Below, one piece after another: positions 47,351 through 56,682 of a DNA stretch of 64,000 nt. The position numbers and the translations under genes were made by a program. The DNA is from Candidatus Bathyarchaeota archaeon (GTDB taxonomy: Archaea > Thermoproteota > Bathyarchaeia > 40CM-2-53-6): the NCBI GenBank assembly GCA_005888635.1, contig VBAW01000018.1, positions 11,391-75,390 of the forward strand, read 5' to 3'. Below the pieces are notes generated by a model. The model saw only the letters and a program-made list of their open reading frames with translations, made no database searches and was not told where the DNA came from. How positions within the stretch are numbered: position 1 is the stretch's first letter; the number at the start of each line of letters is the position of its first letter.

Positions 47351-50300
47351 ATGCTCGCCGTCAGGCTTCTACTCACGTTCGCCATCGTCTTCTCACTCGT
47401 AAGTCTTCCCAGCGTCCTGTCCAGCAACGTCTTTCTTCCGAAGATCCCGGTTGTGAGGGCGCAACAGGAGACGAGTGCTGGGTTATGGTATCCTGCGGGC
47501 GCTCAGGAGCAGACCCTGTCTATCAGCCAAGGTGACGGTGCTGTCAGTACCCAAGTTAGCTGGTTGCTGACAAACCAGGTCGACAGCGAAGACTGGCCAC
47601 TAACCGCAACCCAACAGGGAGCAAGCACGGTAAACTGCTCAGGTAACGCGAATGTTCTCTGCAGCCTCCCGGTGCCTGACCATGGATACTTCGAGATCGA
47701 GTTCAACCTTGCAAACGTTCTCTGGAGCATACCGATGCAGTACGGTAACAGTGCGGCAGGTATTGAGCTACGTCAAGGAATAGCCCATCTTTTCAACAAA
47801 GCGAGCTTCGCGGCGAACAACCCTGCATGCCTTAGCACAGTATGCAATCCCAACGATTCTCCTATCCCAGTCTGTACTATCACTGCTGGTTGCGGTAACG
47901 GTGGACTACCGGCGGCCAACCCGTGCGGCTGGGACACCAAGTACGCAGAGTCAAGCACGACTAACTGCGTTGTTGGTGCTCCTGGTGGTTCTGCCTACAA
48001 CTGTAGCTTCAGCGCAGCTTGTCCCACCGGCGTCCCGACTGGGACGACAACTTTCGCTTGGCAGGCTCAGATAGGCAGTCCAGACTTTTGCGCCGCTGCA
48101 CAGCACTTCATCACCGCTTTCGCTGACGCTAACATTACAGGTGTCACGACCAACGCGAACTGTGAACTCGCCGCTCCTCCGGGTGGCTGGCCTTCACCCG
48201 TCACCGCTATCAACACATCAGGAAACTGTGTATCCGCTGGACTCGCCACTGCGAACACTTGCGCTTTCGTCCGCACCACTGAACCCCGGAAGAGTCTGGG
48301 TGAAGGCCTTGCCCAGAATATTTGCGCGCTCTTCTCGCCCGCTTGGGGCGCGTGGACCACCCTTGCCGGCCAACCATTCTCGTGCGACAATTCAAACACG
48401 GGAACTGGCAACGCTGCGTGTGGCGGTGGCTCATGCCCATTCCTCCAGGAGGTGGAGGGATCGATCGGCCAATTCTGCGGATTCAACCCACCTCCCCAAG
48501 GTGTCCCTAACAAGTGTTGGGGATTCGGAACATTCGGCTTTGGACAAGTCTTCCCATTCGACAGCACATTATATTTCGAATATAACAGCAACTTCGCTTC
48601 TTACATTTTAGGCTCGCCGTGCATCAGCACCACGGTGTCCTCCTACTCAGCGGCCAACTACATGTCTGTCTGCAGTCCCATCTACGATAGTTTGAGTTCG
48701 GCGATGGAGTTTGCAACATGCCTCGCCTCGCCGAGTACAACCGCCCCAGATCCTACTTTGGGCAACGCCTCACCCACGTTCGCCAACTGTTCGGGTGCAG
48801 CGGTCTCGGGGGGCACGGGTGCGACGACATGCATCGGGGCTAGTCCAAGCTGCGGCTCCATCAGCGCGGGTTATCAGGCAGAGGATTACTTCGGTAGCCG
48901 CGCTTTCACGATACCTGTCTGGACTGGCGTTGACATTGAAGCTCGCTCCAGTAACTGGCCGCTAGGCAACGCGACATCACCGGGCTTTATCACAGCATTC
49001 GGCGGCGGCTACTCGCCGCAAGCAAACATCTGGGAATGGCTCGACGCTTATAGTCCCAATCCAGCGGTTGCAGGTACGTTACGTCAGAGCTTCCTGACGA
49101 CAGTCGGTAACCTCAACCCGTTCGACTTCAACACCATCTGGGAATCCTATCTTCTAAGCACGATTTACGACGGGCTCTTCGTTCAAAACCCGATGTGCGT
49201 CGCTCCACATAACTTTGTTGGAGCTGCTATCGATCAGTGCGCTTCGAATTTCCAGTACATTGACTGGATGACGACCAGCCACAGCTTCCTATGCTACCCC
49301 GGAGGACCTGGTTGCTCCTCAACAAACATTGGCTACGGGAATTCTACCTATTTTGCGAACACTGCTGCAGTCGTTCGTCTAACCATGAATCGAAGCAATC
49401 ATTGGCAGGACGGCGGTCCCGTCACTGCTTGGGACGTAAAGTACAGCTACACCAATCTCAACGCCACTGGCGCCTTCCAGGCTACATCGCTCTCTAATGT
49501 TGCTCACATTAACGTCTTGGACGAGTTCACTGTGGACCTTAACCTCAAGGCTAAGGGTCCGTTCACTGAGCTCTTCCTTGGCGGTATCACCATAATTCCA
49601 GGCCACATCTGGTCTGCTTGTGGTGCGAGCACTTGGAACAGCGGCGTAACTGGCAAGGACATTTCTGGAACTAACATCGTCACTGCTCCTGAGGACACTT
49701 GCATCGGAGCATTCGGCGCGCCCAACATTGTCACTGTCGGTGGTACGCGTGCTGACAGTCCAACCTTCGACCCTGTCACGAACAACTTCCTCATCGGATC
49801 TAGCGCATTCACATGCCAGAGCATCGGCGGCACGGGTCACCCGACAGTCGGCACGATCGGAGGAGGCTGCAGTGTGGACAATACTCAGTCTCCGGCCTTC
49901 GGGCTCAACGACTTCACACTGACTAGGACAGGTTGTACCCTGACATCGACCGGGACTACGTGTGGTGTTGCAGGCTCAAATACCGACTACTTCCGGAGTA
50001 GCGGAGCACTAGCATCATACGTCTGGTCTGGCGATATTGGTTCTGGCAGCACTGACTTTTCGAAAGTGTTGACCGTTAACAGTTGTCACTCTACAAGCCC
50101 CTCAGCTAACTGTCCGCACTGGGCACAGGGCATCGGTAACCCGGGCGGCACAGGCACCAACCCTGTTGGTCTCAGCCAACGTTTGAAGGTCAACTCGTAC
50201 AAGGGAGTAAGCTGGATTGGCTTCTCAACAGAGAAGACAACCGGCACACAACTGATCCTAGCTTGCAAAGCAGGGTACACGATTCCAGGAACAACAATCA

Positions 50301-50512
50301 CACCATGCACGGCAACCAATGCAGGATGGACGGGCACCGTCCTACCGGGCATCGGAGGATACGCTTCAACACTCTACGAGGTGGGCAGCACAGTCCTGAG
50401 CACAAGCACATCGACACTAGCGCCGGCTAGCCCTGCAGGTGGACCTTACGCGAACTGCGCAGCGCCGATAGGATCAGGCTCAGCCTATCCCAACGGCGGA
50501 TACGACTGCTAG
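47351..50512 (+). CDS. Giant Cys-rich, circularly permuted family-5 ABC solute-binding protein
   Basis: Signal peptide; IEFN..ELRQGIAH before NLNP..IYDGL..WQDGGPVTAWDVKYS..IIPGHIW..LIGS; 42 Cys. Confidence 0.82.
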   Translation: MLAVRLLLTFAIVFSLVSLPSVLSSNVFLPKIPVVRAQQETSAGLWYPAGAQEQTLSISQGDGAVSTQVSWLLTNQVDSEDWPLTATQQGASTVNCSGNANVLCSLPVPDHGYFEIEFNLANVLWSIPMQYGNSAAGIELRQGIAHLFNKASFAANNPACLSTVCNPNDSPIPVCTITAGCGNGGLPAANPCGWDTKYAESSTTNCVVGAPGGSAYNCSFSAACPTGVPTGTTTFAWQAQIGSPDFCAAAQHFITAFADANITGVTTNANCELAAPPGGWPSPVTAINTSGNCVSAGLATANTCAFVRTTEPRKSLGEGLAQNICALFSPAWGAWTTLAGQPFSCDNSNTGTGNAACGGGSCPFLQEVEGSIGQFCGFNPPPQGVPNKCWGFGTFGFGQVFPFDSTLYFEYNSNFASYILGSPCISTTVSSYSAANYMSVCSPIYDSLSSAMEFATCLASPSTTAPDPTLGNASPTFANCSGAAVSGGTGATTCIGASPSCGSISAGYQAEDYFGSRAFTIPVWTGVDIEARSSNWPLGNATSPGFITAFGGGYSPQANIWEWLDAYSPNPAVAGTLRQSFLTTVGNLNPFDFNTIWESYLLSTIYDGLFVQNPMCVAPHNFVGAAIDQCASNFQYIDWMTTSHSFLCYPGGPGCSSTNIGYGNSTYFANTAAVVRLTMNRSNHWQDGGPVTAWDVKYSYTNLNATGAFQATSLSNVAHINVLDEFTVDLNLKAKGPFTELFLGGITIIPGHIWSACGASTWNSGVTGKDISGTNIVTAPEDTCIGAFGAPNIVTVGGTRADSPTFDPVTNNFLIGSSAFTCQSIGGTGHPTVGTIGGGCSVDNTQSPAFGLNDFTLTRTGCTLTSTGTTCGVAGSNTDYFRSSGALASYVWSGDIGSGSTDFSKVLTVNSCHSTSPSANCPHWAQGIGNPGGTGTNPVGLSQRLKVNSYKGVSWIGFSTEKTTGTQLILACKAGYTIPGTTITPCTATNAGWTGTVLPGIGGYASTLYEVGSTVLSTSTSTLAPASPAGGPYANCAAPIGSGSAYPNGGYDC

Positions 50513-50645
50513 GGGACTACCGAAGAAAGGCAGGAAATCCTCTGTTTCTTGGGATTCTACGTAATAGGATTGACCACGTTCTTGGGAGAGTGAACGGGGG
50601 CAAGCACCAAATAAACGATGAACTTCGATCTTCTCGGTGTGAAAA

Positions 50646-51650
50646 ACGACCCTTCGCTCTTTCCTGCTGAAAAGACTCGCATACACTGTGTTTCTGATTT
50701 TCGCAATCATGATCGTAAACTGGATTATTTTCGAGGGGATTCCAGGACAGAACGGTGCACAGGCGTTTCTTACAGGCAGTCCCCGGATAGCTCAAAACCC
50801 GCAGGCAGTCGCGAATCTCTGCGCGCTGTGGCAATGTCACGCCTCACGCACTGACCAGTTTGTCTCCTACATTCACAATATGCTCACGTTCCAGTTTGGA
50901 AACTCTTACCAAAACGGCCAGCCCATCTCTACACAGGTCATAGCACAAGGAAGACTTCAGAATACTCTGTTGCTGCTCGGAGTGTCTACCATCCTCGGTA
51001 TCATCATCGGCGCAGTCCTTGGAATTGTCTCAGCCAGCAGACGAAGCTCCATTCTAGACAAGCTTAACGTATCCGCTTCGATCACGACCTCTGCCCTTCC
51101 GACGTTCTGGATTGGTCTGTTATTCATTCTCGTCTTCGCCTTGGGTCTGGGCTGGTTTCCCTCAGGCGGCCTTCAGCCAGCGTCTTGGACTATCCCAGGC
51201 AATCTTCCGAGCATTCTCACCCAGATCCTCGTCCGTATACAGTTCTTCTTCCTACCCTCGGTCACGTTGACGCTGATCTCCTACGGCGGCTTTGTGCTCT
51301 TGACGAGAGCCACGATGATGGAGGCACTAACCGAAGACTACATTCTAACAGCGAGAGCCAAGGGGCTGTCTCAAAGAGTGATACTCTTCCGGCATGCTTT
51401 CAAGAACGCTTCACTCCCAGTGATAACTGCTAGCGCGCTCGCATTCGGCGGCATTCTTTCAGGTGCGATCATAACTGAGACTGTCTTCGCCTGGCCCGGA
51501 CTCGGCTTCTGGCTCTTTCAAGCGGTAGAGGTGAAGGACTATCCTGTCATGCAGGCGATGTTCTATCTGATATCGCTCACTGTTGTCGCTGCTAACTTCA
51601 TCTCAGATATTGTCTACGGGATCGTTGATCCTCGGATCCGGTATGAGTAG
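50646..51650 (+). CDS. oppB: OppB/DppB-type ABC permease, apparent ACG start
   Basis: TLRSFLLKR N-terminus, LPTFWIG, EDYILTARAKGL, HAFKNA, ETVFAWPGLG, DYPV, DPRIRY. Confidence 0.92.
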   Translation, partial: TTLRSFLLKRLAYTVFLIFAIMIVNWIIFEGIPGQNGAQAFLTGSPRIAQNPQAVANLCALWQCHASRTDQFVSYIHNMLTFQFGNSYQNGQPISTQVIAQGRLQNTLLLLGVSTILGIIIGAVLGIVSASRRSSILDKLNVSASITTSALPTFWIGLLFILVFALGLGWFPSGGLQPASWTIPGNLPSILTQILVRIQFFFLPSVTLTLISYGGFVLLTRATMMEALTEDYILTARAKGLSQRVILFRHAFKNASLPVITASALAFGGILSGAIITETVFAWPGLGFWLFQAVEVKDYPVMQAMFYLISLTVVAANFISDIVYGIVDPRIRYE

Positions 51651-51829
51651 GATAATCAGTCAGCAACCGGGACGAGAGGCCGACCGATGACGGGGGCAAC
51701 TCGCTCTTGGGAATTAGCTAAATAAATTTCGAAGTCACTGACCATCCCCAATACTCAATCTAGTGTCTTGGGGCTTTTCGACCCATCAGATAGTGATCGC
51801 GATGGATAGCTTCGTCGAGAGGACTCCAA

Positions 51830-51841
51830 CCGATAAACTTA
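51830..51841 (+). promoter_or_regulatory. BRE/TATA-like element of SBP paralogue 2
   Basis: CCGATAAACTTA 32 nt before the ATG. Confidence 0.5.
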
Positions 51842-51873
51842 ACATGCGAATGTGAGAGGCTAAGGCGGGTAGT

Positions 51874-54800
51874 ATGCCTACTGTCAGGCTTCTACTCACC
51901 TTTGCCATCGTTTTCTCACTGGTCAGTCTTCCCAGTGTCCTGTCGAACAACTTGTATTTTCCAAGTATTTCTCTGGTGAGAGCTCAACAAGAGACGACAT
52001 CTGGAGCATGGTATCCTGCAGGTGCCCAAGAGCAGACCCTGTCTATCAGCCAGGGTGACGGTGCTAGCATTACCCAAGTCAACTGGCTGTTGACAAACCA
52101 GGTCGACAGCGAAGACTGGCCACTAACCGCAACCCAGCAAGGAGCAAGCACAGTAAACTGTGGAGGTAGCACCACGATAATCTGCAGTGCGCCCGTTCCT
52201 GACCATGGATACTTTGAGATCGAGTTCAACCTCGCTAACGTGCTTTGGGGTGTCCCCATGCAGTACGGTAACAGCGCGGCAGGGGTCGAGCTTCGCCAGG
52301 GGATAGCTCATCTTATCAACAAACAAAGCTTCACAGCGAACAATGCCGCGTGCTTGGGCATAGCATGCGTCCCTAATGATCAACCGATACCTGTCTGCAC
52401 AATATCAGTCGGCTGTACAAACGGTGGGCTCTACGCAGCCAACCCGTGTGGATGGGATACGAAGTACACCGAGTCCAGCTCGACGAACTGCGTCGTGGGC
52501 GCTCCGGGTGGTACCTCCTACAACTGTAACTTCAGTACCACATGTCCCACCGGAACTGTCACTGGCACTACCACCTTCCCGTGGCAAGCTCAGATCGGCA
52601 GCCCTGACTTTTGTGCCGCCGCGCAGCACTTTATCACAGCATTCGCAGATGCTAGCATTAGCGGCGTGACGACAAACGCGAACTGCGAACTCGTCGCGCC
52701 CTCTGGAGGCTGGCCATCCGTCGTTACAGCCATCAACACGCTAGGCTGTGCTGGTGGAGCTCCTATTGCCACGGCGAACACTTGCGCTTTCGTCCGAACG
52801 ACCGAACCCCGTAAGAGCTTGGGTGAAGGCATCATTCAGGATATTTGCGCACTCTTCTCGCCTGCATGGGGCGCATGGACCACACTTGCAGGTAAGCCCA
52901 TCGGCTGTGACAATTCGAATACCGGCTCAGGCAATGCTGCTTGTGGCGGTGGGTCATGTCCGTTCCTGCAATTATCGGAAGGAGTAAGCAGCCAGTTTTG
53001 CGGATTCAACACAAGCACTAACGGTGTCCCGATCAATTGCTGGGGACTGGGAACATTCGGCTTTGGACAAGTCTTCCCATTTGATAGCACATCATACTTC
53101 GAATACAACAGTCTCTTCGCCACTAAGACTACAGTTACCTGCACCAACGCGGACTGTTCCACTAATGTTCCGGGTTCGCCATGCGCCAGTACCACTTTCA
53201 CCGGCGGCGCGTTCGACTACATGTATGTCTGCAGCCCCACTTATGACAGTCTGAGTTCAGCGATGGAGTTTTCGCCATGTCTCGGCGCAAACGGGGATCC
53301 AACACCCAACTTTGCCACGCCGACTTTCGTAAACTGTTCAGGCGGAACAGTGGGTTCTGGTACAGGGTCTACATCATGCATCGGCGCATCTCCAGCCTGT
53401 TCATCGATCAGTGCTGGTTACCAGGCTGAGGACTACTATGGCAGCCATGTCTTCACGATCCCAGTCTGGGACGGCAACGACGTTCAGGGTCGTCTCAGCA
53501 ACTGGCCTCTGGGCACCTCAACGACACCAGGCTGGATCACAGCCTTCGGTGGCGGCTATTCGCCCTCAGCGAACTTCTTCGAATGGCTCAATGCATACAG
53601 TGGCAGCCCAGCTATGGCTGGAACATTCCGCCAGAGCTTCTTGGCAACGGTTGACAGTCTCAACCCATTCCAGTTCACCACCCTCTGGGACGCGTACTTG
53701 CTCAGCAACATCTATGACAGTCTCTTCGTGCAGAACCCTCTCTGTAGCCAGACTCCTCCCGCGGGCTCGGGTGTGACCCAGTGTTCTTCGATATTGCAGA
53801 ACATCGACTGGATGACTACTAGTCACAGCTTCCTATGCTACCCAGGCGGTCCCCCGTGCACTTCTACAACACTGGGCTATGGTAACTCGACATACTTCGC
53901 AAACACATCCGCTGATCTCCGACTCACACTCAACCGTAGTAACCACTGGCATGATGGTGGACCTGTCACAGCATGGGACGTGAAGTACACCTTCATCAAC
54001 CTCAACGCTACAGGAGCATACCAAGCAACAGCTCTAGCCAACGTCTCCCACATCAACGTGCTTGACGAATATACTCTGGACCTCAATCTCAAGGCTAGGG
54101 GTCCATTCACTGAGCTCCTCGTCGGAGGCGTCACCATAATTCCAGGCCATGTCTGGTCTGCCTGCGGAGCAAGCACATGGAACACTGGCGTGACAGACAA
54201 GAACATTGCGGGCACAAACATAGTGAACGCTTCGGAGGACAATTGCGTAGGACACTTCGGTGCATCAAACATTGCTTCAGTCGGTGGTGTGCGTGCTGAC
54301 AGTCCAATCTTCGATCCCATGACGAACAACTTCCTGATTGGATCTGGCCCATACACTTGCCAGAGTATCGGCGGCACAGGTCATCCTGCTGTCGGTACTC
54401 TTGGTGGAGGCTGTAGCATCGATAATACACAGGCTCCAGCCTTTGGTCTGGGTGACTTTACCCTGACTAGGGCTGGCTGTACTCTCTCCTCGACTGGAAC
54501 TGCTTGTGGTGTTGCTGGTGCGAGCAGCGATTACTTCCGTAGCAGCGGAGCTCTCGCATCGTACATCTGGTCTGGGGATATTGGTTCTGGTAGTGCTGAC
54601 TTTTCGAAGGTGTTGACAGTGAACAGCTGTCACTCCTCGACTCCATCAGCCAACTGTCCACACTGGGCACAGGGCATCGGTAACCCGAGTCTTACGAGCA
54701 CTAACAATCCTGTCGGTCTAAGCCAGCGTTTGAAGGTCAACTCGCTCAAGGGAATAAGCTGGATAAGCTTCTCTACAGAGAAGACCGCCGGCACACAGCT

Positions 54801-55026
54801 GATCCTTTCCTGCGTAGCGGGATACACTCTTCCTGGGACGACAATCACCCCGTGTACTGTAACGAACGCGGGATGGACGACTAATGTCCTGCCCGGCATA
54901 GGAGGATACGCTAGTACACTCTACGAGGTCGGCAGCAACGTCCTAAGCACTAGCACCTCGACGCTGTCACCTGCCAGCGCCATCGGATGCACATCAGACT
55001 ATCCAAACGGCGGGTACGACTGCTAG
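51874..55026 (+). CDS. Giant Cys-rich, circularly permuted family-5 ABC solute-binding protein, paralogue 2
   Basis: Colinear with 47351-50512; WHDGGPVTAWDV, LIGSGPY; 44 Cys. Confidence 0.82.
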   Translation: MPTVRLLLTFAIVFSLVSLPSVLSNNLYFPSISLVRAQQETTSGAWYPAGAQEQTLSISQGDGASITQVNWLLTNQVDSEDWPLTATQQGASTVNCGGSTTIICSAPVPDHGYFEIEFNLANVLWGVPMQYGNSAAGVELRQGIAHLINKQSFTANNAACLGIACVPNDQPIPVCTISVGCTNGGLYAANPCGWDTKYTESSSTNCVVGAPGGTSYNCNFSTTCPTGTVTGTTTFPWQAQIGSPDFCAAAQHFITAFADASISGVTTNANCELVAPSGGWPSVVTAINTLGCAGGAPIATANTCAFVRTTEPRKSLGEGIIQDICALFSPAWGAWTTLAGKPIGCDNSNTGSGNAACGGGSCPFLQLSEGVSSQFCGFNTSTNGVPINCWGLGTFGFGQVFPFDSTSYFEYNSLFATKTTVTCTNADCSTNVPGSPCASTTFTGGAFDYMYVCSPTYDSLSSAMEFSPCLGANGDPTPNFATPTFVNCSGGTVGSGTGSTSCIGASPACSSISAGYQAEDYYGSHVFTIPVWDGNDVQGRLSNWPLGTSTTPGWITAFGGGYSPSANFFEWLNAYSGSPAMAGTFRQSFLATVDSLNPFQFTTLWDAYLLSNIYDSLFVQNPLCSQTPPAGSGVTQCSSILQNIDWMTTSHSFLCYPGGPPCTSTTLGYGNSTYFANTSADLRLTLNRSNHWHDGGPVTAWDVKYTFINLNATGAYQATALANVSHINVLDEYTLDLNLKARGPFTELLVGGVTIIPGHVWSACGASTWNTGVTDKNIAGTNIVNASEDNCVGHFGASNIASVGGVRADSPIFDPMTNNFLIGSGPYTCQSIGGTGHPAVGTLGGGCSIDNTQAPAFGLGDFTLTRAGCTLSSTGTACGVAGASSDYFRSSGALASYIWSGDIGSGSADFSKVLTVNSCHSSTPSANCPHWAQGIGNPSLTSTNNPVGLSQRLKVNSLKGISWISFSTEKTAGTQLILSCVAGYTLPGTTITPCTVTNAGWTTNVLPGIGGYASTLYEVGSNVLSTSTSTLSPASAIGCTSDYPNGGYDC

Positions 55027-55214
55027 TGCAGAAGTTTGTTGCAACTCTAGTTCTGACCGACCCAGAAACTCGCTCACCAGCAGAAGCACTTCGGCAATCG
55101 TCGAGGCTGTGGGCAATACTCCTATATCTCAGCTCCAGCAAGACCAGGTCTCACGGAATAAACGATCTGCCGGTGAGCTGACATAGCTCGAAGGCAATCC
55201 GGTAGGAGTCCTGA

Positions 55215-56174
55215 ATGGGCCAAAAGATCAAGAGAGAGAACAGCTTTGATACGCTTCTCAATCAATCACTTGACAAGCAGGCGCATGGTAGGCCTACAGC
55301 AAGATACGCTGGCAAAGCCGCTAGCAGGATTTGGCCGCGGCGTCATGTCCGTCTCACTCTCTCACTGACCATTCTCTTGGTAATTGGGCTGGGAGCATCT
55401 GTCTGGGCCTGGCAGAACGGCATCTGGTTCCCCACGTCTAGTCCCAACGGTCTGAGGGCCGTGCTGATCGACGGGCTCTCAGTGAACAACCCTGATCCGT
55501 CATTTACCGACAATGTGACGAGGACACTCTCTTCAGTCGGGTATACGGTTGACTACATCGGTCCAGACAAGTTCACAGTGGATACTCTTGCAAATCTTCC
55601 CTCTCAAGGGTACGGTCTTGTGATCATACGAGCCCATACAGCACACTCAGCTATCATTACCTCCGAGCCCTACACAAGCTCCAAGTACGTCTTCGCACAG
55701 CTCGCCGGCCACGTATCTCCCGCCACGATAGGGACCCCAGTAGAATATTTCGCAGTCGAGGCGCAGTTCATTAGCAGCGAATCTCATGGACGGTTCCAGA
55801 ATTCGATCATCGTATTGATGGGCTGCGGCGATCCGGGTGACCGAGAGACTTTTGGCGCAGCCTTCGCGGACAAAGGAGCCGGCTACCTAATAGGATTCGA
55901 CAATTCAGTGAGCGCCCAGTTCACGGACTCGGAGACCTCGACGCTCGTGTCGGCTCTCGCTCATGGAAACACTGTACAGGAATCCGTCAATCTAGCCTCT
56001 AACGCTGACCCCGTATACCGTGGACAATTCGGGTTTGTTGTAGCGAGCAGTATCTTGCAACAGAGGACAGTCAATCTTCTCTCCGAACTATCCCTCTTCG
56101 CGATTTTCTTCATCATACTTGTGTTCGGCCCACTATCCGTATTCCTAGTTCCAAAGCTACTTGCCAGACGTTAG
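55215..56174 (+). CDS. Membrane-anchored protein with possible caspase/gingipain-like fold
   Basis: N- and C-terminal TM; LVIIRAH...IIVLMGC...FADKGA..LIGF. Confidence 0.6.
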   Translation: MGQKIKRENSFDTLLNQSLDKQAHGRPTARYAGKAASRIWPRRHVRLTLSLTILLVIGLGASVWAWQNGIWFPTSSPNGLRAVLIDGLSVNNPDPSFTDNVTRTLSSVGYTVDYIGPDKFTVDTLANLPSQGYGLVIIRAHTAHSAIITSEPYTSSKYVFAQLAGHVSPATIGTPVEYFAVEAQFISSESHGRFQNSIIVLMGCGDPGDRETFGAAFADKGAGYLIGFDNSVSAQFTDSETSTLVSALAHGNTVQESVNLASNADPVYRGQFGFVVASSILQQRTVNLLSELSLFAIFFIILVFGPLSVFLVPKLLARR

Positions 56175-56303
56175 GGACTCGCGACTCCTACAAGAATCGA
56201 TTGTTCGACACGTACTATCCCGCTAGGCGATCATTCGCTAGCATCCACCTTTGCCGAGACACCGGTGGCCCCGAGGCAGGGTCTTCAATCGCGACTACTA
56301 ATG

Positions 56304-56525
56304 TTAGGGATAGTGAAATTGTCCTTCAGGAACAATAATTCTGGCTTGCTTCTCTTCTCCAACTCCTCCTAATGCCTCCAGTATCAACAGAACGAGGCCG
56401 ATTAGGAAGATGATCACACTAATGGGACGGTAACCAACTTGATAAAAGTACAGAATCGCTCCTGAAGTCATCAGGAGAAGCGACACACTCGTTACGATAT
56501 TATCCACATATCTCGACCATTTCAT
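56304..56525 (-). CDS. Small two-TM protein
   Basis: Two hydrophobic segments; ATG at 56525. Confidence 0.55.
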   Translation of the reverse strand: MKWSRYVDNIVTSVSLLLMTSGAILYFYQVGYRPISVIIFLIGLVLLILEALGGVGEEKQARIIVPEGQFHYP

Positions 56526-56682
56526 CGGCGAGCACCCTCGGAATGCTAACACGCTCTATTCCGCTAGGTTTCCTCAGTCTTGAAATTTGCCTATTGGCTA
56601 GTGATCCCTTACTTTGAGCCAGGGAGTAAACTTGACTATGTCCGATTGCGCAACACTTGTGCAAGAATGAAGGTAGGATAGT

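Noticed and set aside
47351-55026. Multiheme cytochrome, Fe-S protein or diversity-generating retroelement target
   Set aside because: No CxxCH motifs or ferredoxin spacing; no reverse transcriptase or adenine-specific TR/VR pair seen
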